Part shown: in pieces, positions 24,591-33,391 of the stretch
How the letters are laid out: each line of letters starts with the position of its first letter
Position numbering within the stretch: position 1 is the stretch's first letter
Assembly (NCBI GenBank): GCA_035286125.1
Contig: JAYKIS010000013.1
Span: 5,451-69,450 of the forward strand
Origin: Candidatus Sericytochromatia bacterium
Lineage (GTDB): Bacteria; Cyanobacteriota; Sericytochromatia; S15B-MN24; VGJW01
DNA: 64,000 nt
Direction: 5' to 3'
Made by a program: the position numbers and the translations under genes
Notes under the pieces: model-generated
Databases searched by the model: none
Told to the model about the DNA's origin: nothing
Seen by the model: only the letters and a program-made list of their open reading frames with translations

Positions 24591-25916
24591 TCAGGACCCC
24601 GGCAGCGGAGGCAGGCCTTCCTCCGGCAACACCGTACCGGCCGTGCGGCGTAGGCTGTCCCAGTGCGTCAGCCGTTGCAGGACCCGATACTCATGGCCCC
24701 GACCCTCGGGCCGGTAGTAGCGGACGGGCTTGCGCCCGACGGGCCAGAAGCTGCGTGCCGGATCGAAGGCCCCCGGCATGCCGTGGGGTGTGGCGTAGGC
24801 GTCGGCCACATCGCGCGCGGCAAGGCCCCTGAGGGCGCCGGGCACCGTGCCGCCCGCGTCCGCGCGCACGTCGGCCATGGCGGCGTTGATGGCCGCGTAG
24901 GCGGCCTGGCTTTTGGGGGCAGAAGCCAGCCACGTCACGGCCTGGCCCAGGTTGATGCGGGCTTCGGGCATGCCGACGTGCTGTACGGCGCCCAAGGCCG
25001 CCATGGCGACGAGCAGGGCCATCGGTTCGGCATTGCCGACATCCTCGGACGCGAAGATCACGAGCCTTCGCGCCACGAACAGGGGGTCCTCGCCGCCTTC
25101 GAGCAGGCGTGCCAGCCAGTGCAGGGCCGCATCGGGGTCCGAGCCCCGCATCGACTTGATGAGGGCCGAAATGACGTCGTAATGGCCGTCGCCGCGCTTG
25201 TCCTGCGCAAGTCGTGCCTGGTCGAGGAACCCGGGCAACTCGTCGATTTCGCGGATGCCGGCCGTCACGACGGCCTCCAGGGCTCCGAGGGCGGCCCGGG
25301 CATCGCCGCCACTCCAGCGCGCGATGGCTTCAAGCACCTTGTCGTCCAGGACGTCGTCCGACTGGCCGAGGCCGCGCTCCGGATCCGTGAGGGCCCGTAG
25401 CAGCAGGGTCGCGAGCGCATCCGGATCCAGGGTTTCCAGCCGGTGGATGGCCACGCGGCTGCGCAGCGCCGGATTGACCTCGAGGCCGGGATGTTCGGTG
25501 GTGGCGCCGATGAGCGTCACCGTGCCCTGCTCGACATGCGGCAGCAGGACATCCTGTTGGGCCTTGTTGAAGCGGTGGATCTCGTCAATGAAGAGGACCG
25601 TGCGCTGGCCGAGGCGGCGCGCCTTCGTGGCCTCGTCGATGGCCTTGCGGACGTCGGCGACGCCACCGCCCACGGCACTCAGGACGACGAAGCGCGCCTC
25701 GATCGAGGTCGCAAGCAGCATGGCGAGCGTGGTCTTTCCGCAGCCGGGTGGTCCCCAGAGGATGCAACTGGGCAGCCGGCCCGCCGTCACCAGGCGCGCG
25801 AGGGCACCCCGGGGCCCGAGCAGGTGGTCCTGTCCCACGACCTCCGCGAGCGTGCGCGGACGCATGCGATGCGCCAGCGGCGCTTCGGCATCGAGCGACC
25901 GCTCGAAGAGCGACAT
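24591..25916 (-). CDS. rarA: replication-associated recombination protein A (AAA+ ATPase RarA/MgsA)
   Basis: 441 aa. Motifs: RMRPRTLAEVVGQDHLLG, Walker A LWGPPGCGKTTLA, Walker B VLFIDEIHRFNK, GATTENP-like GATTEHP, HYDVISALIKSMRGSDPDAALHWLARLLEGGEDP. Confidence 0.95.
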   Translation of the reverse strand: MSLFERSLDAEAPLAHRMRPRTLAEVVGQDHLLGPRGALARLVTAGRLPSCILWGPPGCGKTTLAMLLATSIEARFVVLSAVGGGVADVRKAIDEATKARRLGQRTVLFIDEIHRFNKAQQDVLLPHVEQGTVTLIGATTEHPGLEVNPALRSRVAIHRLETLDPDALATLLLRALTDPERGLGQSDDVLDDKVLEAIARWSGGDARAALGALEAVVTAGIREIDELPGFLDQARLAQDKRGDGHYDVISALIKSMRGSDPDAALHWLARLLEGGEDPLFVARRLVIFASEDVGNAEPMALLVAMAALGAVQHVGMPEARINLGQAVTWLASAPKSQAAYAAINAAMADVRADAGGTVPGALRGLAARDVADAYATPHGMPGAFDPARSFWPVGRKPVRYYRPEGRGHEYRVLQRLTHWDSLRRTAGTVLPEEGLPPLPGS

Positions 25917-26654
25917 CTACTTCTTGTTGAAGATGCCGATGATGCCCTGGATGGCACCGGCCAGGGACTGCACGCCGTTGACGACCTGATTGACCTGGTT
26001 CCCGAAGGGGTCCTGGGACTGGGGCATCAGGCCGACGCCGTAGTTGCCGCCCTGGACCGGCATGCTGGTCACGGGGACGGGGGACCAGACGGGTTGGGGT
26101 TGCGGCTGAGGCTGCGGCCAGGATGGCGCGGTGGGGAATACCGGGGGCGTCGGCTGCTGGGGCTGCGGCTGTGGCTGGCCGGCGGGACCGGTCGCAGGAA
26201 TGCCGTTCTTGAAGCCGTTGACAAGCGTACCGATGGTCGCCAGCACGGCACCGACGCCGGACACGACCTGCGTGACCTTTTCGAGATCCGTGACCTTGTC
26301 CTTCTTCGGCTTGGGGGTACCGGGCTGTTCCTGGACGCGGGGCGTCGGGATCCATAGGCCCTGGACCTCGCCCGGGATGGGCCAGTTGATCAGCATGATC
26401 CGGTTCGATTGCGCGATCCAGTCTGCGAGGCGCTGGACCTCGGCCGCGTCGCGGACCGGATCCAGACGGTAGGTCTGCTGGACGAACTGGGCCAGCGTCA
26501 GGCGCTGGGGGTTGCCCGCCTGCAGGGGCTGCCACTTCAGGCCGGGGTTGGCTTGCCCGGGCTGGCTGGCCACCGGCTGGCCTCCGGCAGGCGCCGCAGG
26601 GCGCTGGGCCAGAATCTGACGGACACGTGCCGAGAAATCGTCGACGGTCGTCAT
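25917..26654 (-). CDS. hypothetical Pro/Gln-rich protein
   Basis: 245 aa. ATG 26654 has GGAGG 7 nt upstream. About 100 aa form a structured N-terminal part. One Gly-rich hydrophobic segment (VVSGVGAVLATIGTLV) and two PQPQPQ tracts follow, with an amphipathic tail LAGAIQGIIGIFNKK. Its stop abuts the rarA ATG with no spacer. Confidence 0.65.
   Translation of the reverse strand: MTTVDDFSARVRQILAQRPAAPAGGQPVASQPGQANPGLKWQPLQAGNPQRLTLAQFVQQTYRLDPVRDAAEVQRLADWIAQSNRIMLINWPIPGEVQGLWIPTPRVQEQPGTPKPKKDKVTDLEKVTQVVSGVGAVLATIGTLVNGFKNGIPATGPAGQPQPQPQQPTPPVFPTAPSWPQPQPQPQPVWSPVPVTSMPVQGGNYGVGLMPQSQDPFGNQVNQVVNGVQSLAGAIQGIIGIFNKK
26091..26120 (-). repeat. hexanucleotide (CAGCCN)n coding microrepeat, tract 1 (WPQPQPQPQP)
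   Basis: Read directly on the minus strand: TGG CCG CAG CCT CAG CCG CAA CCC CAA CCC. Confidence 0.8.
26151..26180 (-). repeat. hexanucleotide (CAGCCN)n coding microrepeat, tract 2 (GQPQPQPQQP)
   Basis: Read directly on the minus strand: GGC CAG CCA CAG CCG CAG CCC CAG CAG CCG. Confidence 0.8.
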
Positions 26655-26784
26655 CGGGAAACCTCCGGTGGGGCTGCTCCGGCCCTGGTTGTCTATCGCC
26701 TCCGGCTATCCCGGACCCGGTAAAGAGACAGGGAATGAACGGTTAAAACTCTCCTCCGGCGACCATGCGTGCCGGAGGTGCGTG

Positions 26785-27060
26785 ATGTACGATCGAGGCG
26801 TGTCGCCGACTTGTCCCCCCGCCCGCGATCCGGAAGCCTCCGGCTCCCGGTCCGAGGCGCTCCTGCTCGAGACCTTGCGGGGTCTGCGCGTCCACGCCCT
26901 GACGGCGTCTCCCCGGCAACTGGCCGAGGACCTGACGCTGGGCCGGTTGCTTTACGCCCGATTGCGGACGCCCGCCCTGTGCATGCAGGCCGAGGGCTTC
27001 CTCGAGGCCATCGAGGCGATGCTGCGTTTCCGTAGCGGTCCCGCCGCGATCCATCCCTGA
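26785..27060 (+). CDS. small hypothetical protein (91 aa)
   Basis: ATG 26785 (MYDRGVSPTCPP...). Codons are GC3-rich. It ends 25 nt upstream of the O-antigen-ligase-like gene. The longer track ORF from 26668 crosses the divergent promoter region. No motif recognised. Confidence 0.4.
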   Translation: MYDRGVSPTCPPARDPEASGSRSEALLLETLRGLRVHALTASPRQLAEDLTLGRLLYARLRTPALCMQAEGFLEAIEAMLRFRSGPAAIHP

Positions 27061-27085
27061 TACCCGTCCGACGAGCCTGTCCGCC

Positions 27086-29167
27086 ATGTCTGTCGCCCAA
27101 GCCCAGCCCTCGCGCCGCGTCTCGATCGCGCTGCCCGGCCCGGATGAGATCATCGAGGGCCTCTCGTGGATCCTGCTGGGCATCGCCCCCCTCCTGATCA
27201 ATGTCTACAACGTCGATGCCTACCGGACGGTGCAGGCCACGACGTCGACGATGCTGTTGCTGGTCATCGCGGCTACCTGGATCACCAAGGTGACGATCGA
27301 TGGCCGCTGGGCAGCCTTGCGCGGGATGCCGCTATGGCCCGTACTGGCGGGGTTCTTCGCGTGGGTCGCCGCCACCGGTGCGCTGCAGACCCCCTCCCTG
27401 CCCATCACGGGCCTGAGCCTGCTCAACCTGGTGCTCTACATGGCGTGGGCCTTCATCGTTGCGGATCTGGGCGCGCGCGTGCCCGGCTTCCTCTGGCGCC
27501 TGATGGTGCCCATCGGCTTTGCCTTCCTCTTCAACAACATCACGGCCGTGCTGCAGCACCGCGGCTACCTGTTCCAGGGCGCCAGCCAGGATGGCTACAC
27601 CGGCCTCTATGCGCTGTGGCCCTTCAAGGGACAGGGGGTGTCCAACTACTTTGCGGGCTTGCAGGCCCCGTCCCGTCTCGGCTCGGCTGCGGGCACCCTG
27701 GGCAACCAGAACGTGCTGGGCGGTTACCTGACGGCCACCGTGCCCTTGTTCACGCTGATGCCTCTCGTGGTCCTGGCCCGCTGGCAGGATTGCTGCCGCT
27801 GGTGTGCGCGAACGTGGCCGGGTCTGGGCGCCGAGGGAGCGCGTCTCCCGGTCTTCGCATTCTTCGGGTTCCTCTTCGTGAATGCCGGCCTGGCTTTCGC
27901 GTCCTTGCTGGCCACCGACACCCGTGGTGCCTGGTTGGGCGTGGCCGGCACCTTCGTCGTGGGCCTGCTCGTCGTTCCGGCGTTCTTCCGCAAGCGCATC
28001 GAGCAGGTGCCCGGTCGCCAACGCGCCAGCGTGGGCATCGGCCTGGTCGCCTTCGTGGTTCTGCTGACGGGTCTCGCCTTCTCGGCGGGGGTCACGCCCA
28101 GGATGTTGCAGGAAAAGCTCAGCAACACCTGGACCATCAAGCAGCGCCTCGTGGCATGGCAGGTGGCGGCCGAAATGGCCAAGGACCAGCCGGTGGTGGG
28201 ACAGGGCGTCGGCACCTACAAGATCCACTACTTCAAGTTTCTGGCCCGGCATTTCGACGGCAAGCCCGTCCCCGTCTACATGCACCATCGCTACGTGCAG
28301 GCCCACAACGACTTCATCCAGCTTGCGGGCGAGGCAGGCTGGATCGGCCTGCTGCTGGGCCTGGGCGTGCTCGGCATCTTCTGGACGGGCATTCCCCGGT
28401 GGCTGTGGCGGCGCCAGCCCGAGGCCAGCGAGGCTCTTCTGGTGCTGGGAGCCGGATTGGGCACGCTGGGCATGGCGGTATTTGCCGTCTCGGGCTTTCC
28501 TTTCCACATCGCGGCCTCATCGGCCGTCTTCGCGACCCTGGTCGGTATCGTGCTGGCCCCGCAGTGGCGGGAACGCCTGGAAGCCCGGGCTGCTGTCGCT
28601 GCCGAGGCAACCGAGGGTTCGGAGCCCGGTCTGCCCGGCACGACAGCCGCTCCCGAAGCCACGTCAACGACCGGTACGCCTGCCTGGATCGCCAGCGGTG
28701 TCGTGGCGGGCCTCGCCCTGTCGAGCGGGATGGGCGTCCTGCGCCACTACGAGGCCGACATGCTGACCAAGGCCGGCATGGACCTGTACAAGCAGGGGGA
28801 CTATGCCACGGCCCTTGACCGGCTCGAATCCGCCGTCTCGCGGGACCCCGAGCGGGGAGATGCCCGATTGGTGCTGGGCATCCTCTACATGATGACCCGA
28901 CGCTGCACCAAGGCCGAGGAACAGTTCCTCCGGGCCCAGACCAGCTACGACGACGTCACGCTTCATTACTACATGGGCCGTCTCTACGAAGGCCTGTCAC
29001 GTCGCAGCGAGGCGCGGGACGAGTATCTGAAGGCACGGTCCTACTTCCCCGAGGGCGAAGAAGTGCGCAAGGCGGTCGATCGCCGTCTGGCGTTGCTCGA
29101 GAGTGGCAAGCTGGATCCTGCGGCCGTCGGGGCGTGCAATCCCGCCAGTCGCCCGGCGAGCCCCTGA
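27086..29167 (+). CDS. O-antigen ligase/polymerase family (Wzy_C-like) membrane protein with a C-terminal TPR domain
   Basis: 693 aa with about 12 TM segments. It includes the Wzy_C-type loop (ATDTRGAWLGVAGTFVV ... HRYVQAHNDFIQLAGEAGWIG). The C-terminal ~130 aa are TPR-like (YKQGDYATALDRLESAVSRDP...YYMGRLYEGLSRRSEARDEYLKA). Confidence 0.8.
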   Translation: MSVAQAQPSRRVSIALPGPDEIIEGLSWILLGIAPLLINVYNVDAYRTVQATTSTMLLLVIAATWITKVTIDGRWAALRGMPLWPVLAGFFAWVAATGALQTPSLPITGLSLLNLVLYMAWAFIVADLGARVPGFLWRLMVPIGFAFLFNNITAVLQHRGYLFQGASQDGYTGLYALWPFKGQGVSNYFAGLQAPSRLGSAAGTLGNQNVLGGYLTATVPLFTLMPLVVLARWQDCCRWCARTWPGLGAEGARLPVFAFFGFLFVNAGLAFASLLATDTRGAWLGVAGTFVVGLLVVPAFFRKRIEQVPGRQRASVGIGLVAFVVLLTGLAFSAGVTPRMLQEKLSNTWTIKQRLVAWQVAAEMAKDQPVVGQGVGTYKIHYFKFLARHFDGKPVPVYMHHRYVQAHNDFIQLAGEAGWIGLLLGLGVLGIFWTGIPRWLWRRQPEASEALLVLGAGLGTLGMAVFAVSGFPFHIAASSAVFATLVGIVLAPQWRERLEARAAVAAEATEGSEPGLPGTTAAPEATSTTGTPAWIASGVVAGLALSSGMGVLRHYEADMLTKAGMDLYKQGDYATALDRLESAVSRDPERGDARLVLGILYMMTRRCTKAEEQFLRAQTSYDDVTLHYYMGRLYEGLSRRSEARDEYLKARSYFPEGEEVRKAVDRRLALLESGKLDPAAVGACNPASRPASP

Positions 29168-29173
29168 CCGTCT

Positions 29174-29911
29174 TCAGCGATCCTGCGCCGTGGGGCGCAG
29201 GACGATCTCGCCGATGCAGACGTGCGCCGGCCGGGTGACGCACCAACCGATCGCATCGGCGACGTCCGCGGGTTCCAGGGGCGTCATCGTACCGGCCCAG
29301 CGTGCGAGGGCCTCACGTGTCGCCTCATGCGGGATGCCCGCCTGCAACTCGGTCGCGACGAGGCCAGGCGAGATCAGGGTGACCCTGATGCCCAGGCGTG
29401 CCGTCTCGCGGCGCAGGGCCTCGCCAAAGGCCCTGAGTCCGGCCTTGGTCGCCGAGTAGCCGGCGCCTGTCGGTGCCGCCGCCAGGCCCGCTACGGAAGC
29501 CACCAGGATGATGTCGCCGCCGCCGGCGGCCTCGAGGGGGGCGAGGCTCGCCTGAGCCAAGGTGATCGCGCTCGTCAGGTTGACTTCAATCATCGTGCGC
29601 CACGCGTCGAGGTCTGCCTCGGCAACGGGGGCAAGGGGCATGATGCCGGCGTTGGCCACAAGGATGTCGAGGCCCCCCCAGTGTTCCCGTACCTCAGGTA
29701 CGAGCGTCCGGGCCTGCCCGGGCTCACCGAGATCGCAGGGGTGGATGGAAACCTCATCGCCCAGCTCAGCCGCCAGGGCCCTGAGGCGGTCCGCGCGCCG
29801 GGCAGCGAGCGCCACGTGGGCCCCGAGCCCGTGCAGGTGGCGGGCCACGGCCTCCCCGATACCGGCGGAGGCCCCTGTGACGAGTGCCGTCCTGCCTGCC
29901 AGTGGCTTCAC
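29174..29911 (-). CDS. short-chain dehydrogenase/reductase (SDR)
   Basis: GTG 29911 (VKPLAGRTALVTGASAGIGEA, TGxxxGxG) forms a GTGA overlap with the upstream stop. Also NAG motif (LVANAGI) and catalytic YSATKAG (YxxxK). Confidence 0.88.
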   Translation of the reverse strand: MKPLAGRTALVTGASAGIGEAVARHLHGLGAHVALAARRADRLRALAAELGDEVSIHPCDLGEPGQARTLVPEVREHWGGLDILVANAGIMPLAPVAEADLDAWRTMIEVNLTSAITLAQASLAPLEAAGGGDIILVASVAGLAAAPTGAGYSATKAGLRAFGEALRRETARLGIRVTLISPGLVATELQAGIPHEATREALARWAGTMTPLEPADVADAIGWCVTRPAHVCIGEIVLRPTAQDR

Positions 29912-31074
29912 GAAGCCGACGGCTCCGGCCCTTCGGCGAACCACACGTCTTCCGTCAGGTGGCGCTTGCCGTTCTGGACGAACCACGACGTCATGCGCAG
30001 GTCCTCGCGGCTCTCCACCCACTTGATGCGCGAGCCCAGCTCGGTAATGCCGAGGCTCTTCAGGTCGGAGAGCTCATCTGGTTGGGGCAGGGCATCGTGG
30101 TTGAGGTCCCGCCAGACCTTGAGCCCGTCCAGTTCCGTACCCTTCAGCACACCGAGGCCGGGGGGCAGGCGCTTGCCGGCGCTGGCGAGGCGGGCCTCGC
30201 GATCGAAGAGGGCGCCCAGCTTGGCATAGCCGTTCCCGAATCGCTGGCCGCCGAACAGGTCGTTGCCGTCGAGGGCCTTGCCTTCGGCCGCTGCGCGCGA
30301 TACGCGACCCTCGCGGTCATCGACGAGGAAGCCGTCGCCGCCCCCCTTGAGCCATTCGAAGCGGCCGGCCTTGCCGATGGCCTTCAGGTCGAACAGCACG
30401 GAGTCCGTCGGGTTGAAGCCCTTGGCGGTATCGAAGCGGATGTAGCCCGAAGCCTTGCCCGTGACCTCGATGCGGCCCGAATGGTCCAGGTCCAGGGCCA
30501 CCGGGCTCGATAGGGCCATCGCGACCACGGGCAGGTCCCGACCGTTGGCGTTGACGGTGAAGCCCTCGCTGTAGTGATAGTAGCCGGCGGCCGCGGCGGC
30601 GTTGTAGCTGCCGCGGTTGGCCACGGACGACGTGGGTACCCGGCCGACGATCTGGCCGTGCTCGGTGAAGACCAGGGCGGAGCCCGGCGGAATCTCGGTG
30701 TTCAGCAACTCCGAATTCCGTCTGAGTGCGGTCGCGATGTCCTCGGCGTAGCGATGGCCGCGCTGGTTCTGGTACCACTTGCCGAAGAACAGCTGACCCG
30801 GCGTGCGGTAGCCCTCCCTCCACCGATCCCATTGGGTGCTGTTGTCGGCTCGGGCATAGATGAAGATCCGGGGCAGTTCGTAGACGAGGCGTTCGTGGAA
30901 CTGCGTGCGGCTGACGGTGTAGCAGCCGGTCGCTTCACGCCGGATGACGGGTGCGTCCCAGCGACTGCGTGTCTCGCCCTCGTGGGCTTCCGCCCGCCAC
31001 GTGCCACTGACGCTCATCGACAGCAGCGCCGTCGTCGCGACCCATCTGCCCAGCCGGGAGTTTGCCATCTTCAT
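29908..31074 (-). CDS. secreted hypothetical protein with degenerate Ca-binding (EF-hand/dockerin-like Dx[DN]xDG) repeats
   Basis: 388 aa. Signal-like N-terminus MKMANSRLGRWVATTALLSMSVSGTWRAEA. The C-terminal half has spaced acidic loops (LDLDHSGRIE, GGGDGFLVDDREGRV, LDGNDLFG, WRDLNHDALPQPDEL) resembling Ca-binding linker modules of large adhesins. Confidence 0.7.
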   Translation of the reverse strand: MKMANSRLGRWVATTALLSMSVSGTWRAEAHEGETRSRWDAPVIRREATGCYTVSRTQFHERLVYELPRIFIYARADNSTQWDRWREGYRTPGQLFFGKWYQNQRGHRYAEDIATALRRNSELLNTEIPPGSALVFTEHGQIVGRVPTSSVANRGSYNAAAAAGYYHYSEGFTVNANGRDLPVVAMALSSPVALDLDHSGRIEVTGKASGYIRFDTAKGFNPTDSVLFDLKAIGKAGRFEWLKGGGDGFLVDDREGRVSRAAAEGKALDGNDLFGGQRFGNGYAKLGALFDREARLASAGKRLPPGLGVLKGTELDGLKVWRDLNHDALPQPDELSDLKSLGITELGSRIKWVESREDLRMTSWFVQNGKRHLTEDVWFAEGPEPSAS

Positions 31075-31113
31075 GACAATGTTCTACCCGGCCGCGAGGC
31101 TCGCTGGTGGCTG

Positions 31114-32289
31114 TCAGACCCGTCGCTTGCTGTCGAAGGCGTCCCGCAGGCCATCCCCGAGGAAGTTCCACGCGACGGTCACGAACACGATGGCCACGCC
31201 GGGTGCCAGCAGCCACGGATGGGTGACCAGGTCCGAGACATTCAGGGCCGGCTCGAGCATGTTGCCCCACGAGGCATCCGGCGGTTGCACGCCCAGGCCC
31301 AGCAACGAGAGCACGCTCTCGCCGTAGATGTAGCCCGGGATGGACAGCGAGACCGAAATGACGACCCACGTCGCCGTCTGGGGCAAGAGATGGCGGGTGA
31401 TGATCCAGAGGTGGCCGGCACCCGCGGCACGTGCGGCCTCGATGTATTCCTGATGCTTGAGCGACAGCACCATGCCGCGGATGACGCGGGCGAGGCCCGC
31501 CCAGCCCAGGAAGGACAGGATGATCGTGATGACGTAGAAGCGCTGGGTGGGCGTGATGTCCCACTTGTAGGTGACACCGAACAGCGCCAGCAGCAGGTAG
31601 AAGGTGGGGAAGGCCAGCACCGTCTCGACGAGCCACATCAGCACGGTGTCGATCCAGCCGCCGAAGTAGCCCGCGGCACCACCCACGAGCGTGCCCACCG
31701 GAATGACGATCAGCAGGGCAATGATGCCGACCGTGAGGGAGACGCGGGCGCCGAAGAGCAGACGCGAGAACTGGTCGCGTCCGGCATTGTCCGCACCCAG
31801 AAGATAGATGGGTGCCGTCTGGCCCTCGATGCCGAAGACGTGACGGTCGCCCGGAATCAGGCCCAGGATGCGGTAGGGTTCACCCTTGACCCAGAAGGCC
31901 AGGCTGTGTCGGACCGTCCGGTCCTCCTGCCACTCGCCCAGCGTCATGGTGGCCGGCGCACCGGCCTGGAAGATGGCCGAGTAGTCATCCTGCTTCTTGC
32001 GGTCGTAGATGAACGGTGCGTGCCAGTTGCCCGCATCATCGCGCAAGTGGATCTCGGCCGGCGGCTGGAAGGCCCGGTTGCGGTCTTCCGAGAGGGGCGA
32101 GTAAGGGGCGAAGACATCGGCCAGCGCCATGACGAGGTAGACGGCGAGCAGCAGCCACAGGGCGATGAAGGCCGGACGATGCTTGCGGAAACGGCGCCAG
32201 AAGCGGGTCCGGGCCGAGATGGGCGGAGGCAGCGCATCAGCGGCGGGCCGTGCGGATGGCGGGGTGGCGGAGAGGGTGTCCTGCGACAT
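31114..32289 (-). CDS. ABC peptide/nickel-type transporter permease (OppC/DppC-like)
   Basis: ATG 32289 (MSQDTLSA...). Motifs: GADNAGRDQFSRLLFGARVSL, then the EAA-type loop EYIEAARAAGAGHLWIITRHLLPQ. C-terminal FLGDGLRDAFD. Confidence 0.88.
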   Translation of the reverse strand: MSQDTLSATPPSARPAADALPPPISARTRFWRRFRKHRPAFIALWLLLAVYLVMALADVFAPYSPLSEDRNRAFQPPAEIHLRDDAGNWHAPFIYDRKKQDDYSAIFQAGAPATMTLGEWQEDRTVRHSLAFWVKGEPYRILGLIPGDRHVFGIEGQTAPIYLLGADNAGRDQFSRLLFGARVSLTVGIIALLIVIPVGTLVGGAAGYFGGWIDTVLMWLVETVLAFPTFYLLLALFGVTYKWDITPTQRFYVITIILSFLGWAGLARVIRGMVLSLKHQEYIEAARAAGAGHLWIITRHLLPQTATWVVISVSLSIPGYIYGESVLSLLGLGVQPPDASWGNMLEPALNVSDLVTHPWLLAPGVAIVFVTVAWNFLGDGLRDAFDSKRRV

Positions 32290-32293
32290 CGGG

Positions 32294-33289
32294 TCAGGCT
32301 TCCAGCTTGATGCGGGGGTCGGACAGGGCCAGCAGGACATCGGCCAGCAGGTTGCCCAGCAAGAGCATCAGGGCACCCGTCATGACGCCCGCCATGGCGA
32401 GGTTCACATCCTGCTTGAGCAGGGCGTCCAGCATCATCTGCCCCAGGCCGGGCCACGAGATGATGTTCTCGATGATGGCGAAGCCCGAGAGCAGGCTCGC
32501 GAACTCGAAGCCCAGCAGCGTGATCATCGGGTTCAGGGCGTTGCGCACGGCGTGCCGGTAGATGACGGTGCGCTCGGGGAGGCCCTTGGCGCGGGCCGTG
32601 CGGACGTACTCTTCACCCAGCACGTCCAGCAGGTTGCCGCGCATGCGCCGTTGCAGGATGGCAATGGAGCCGATGCCGACGGCCAGGACCGGTATCAGCA
32701 GGTGCCACAAGTGGTCGACCGCCTGCTGCACGGGGTTCATCAGGGCGTAGTCCGGGCTCGTCATCCCCCCGATGGGGAAGAAGCCCGGGTGGCTCTGGTT
32801 CCACCACGCTGCGCCCATCAGGAGCAGGATGGCCAGGAAGAAGTCCGGTACGCCCAGAAAGAAGAAGGTGATCGAGGAGAAGACCTTTTCGAACCACGAG
32901 TACTGCCTGACGGCCATCAGGATGCCCAGGGGCAGCGCGATCAGCCACGTGAACAGGAATGCTGCCACCCCCAGCACGAGCGTGGCCTGCAACTTCATCC
33001 GGATCAGCGTCGAGACCTTCTCACGGTAGTCGTACGACTCGCCCAGATCGCCCGTGGCGAAGTTCTGCGCCCACTTCAGGTATTGGATGGGGATGGGCTT
33101 GTCGAGGCCCAGACGCGCGCGTTCCCGATCAATGGCCTCCTGGCTGACCGTGGGGTTGTTCATCATCTTGTTCGAGACGTAGTCGCCCGGGGCGAGCTTC
33201 GAGATGCCGAACGTGATGACCGAGATCAGCAGCAGCTTCGGCAGCATCTGCAGCAGCCGTTGCAAGATGTATCGGAACATGCGGGCCAT
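32294..33289 (-). CDS. ABC peptide/nickel-type transporter permease (OppB/DppB-like)
   Basis: 331 aa. Motifs: MFRYILQRLLQMLPKLLLISVITF, EYVRTARAKGLPERTVIYRHAVRNAL, NLLADVLLALSDPRI. Confidence 0.9.
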   Translation of the reverse strand: MARMFRYILQRLLQMLPKLLLISVITFGISKLAPGDYVSNKMMNNPTVSQEAIDRERARLGLDKPIPIQYLKWAQNFATGDLGESYDYREKVSTLIRMKLQATLVLGVAAFLFTWLIALPLGILMAVRQYSWFEKVFSSITFFFLGVPDFFLAILLLMGAAWWNQSHPGFFPIGGMTSPDYALMNPVQQAVDHLWHLLIPVLAVGIGSIAILQRRMRGNLLDVLGEEYVRTARAKGLPERTVIYRHAVRNALNPMITLLGFEFASLLSGFAIIENIISWPGLGQMMLDALLKQDVNLAMAGVMTGALMLLLGNLLADVLLALSDPRIKLEA

Positions 33290-33391
33290 TGTACGGCCTG
33301 CGCACGCAACACGCCATGATGAACGGGCGAGGATTGGGCCGGCGCCCGTTCCTCGCCCGTACCGATGGCCGCCTTCGCCGTCTTCCGGCGA

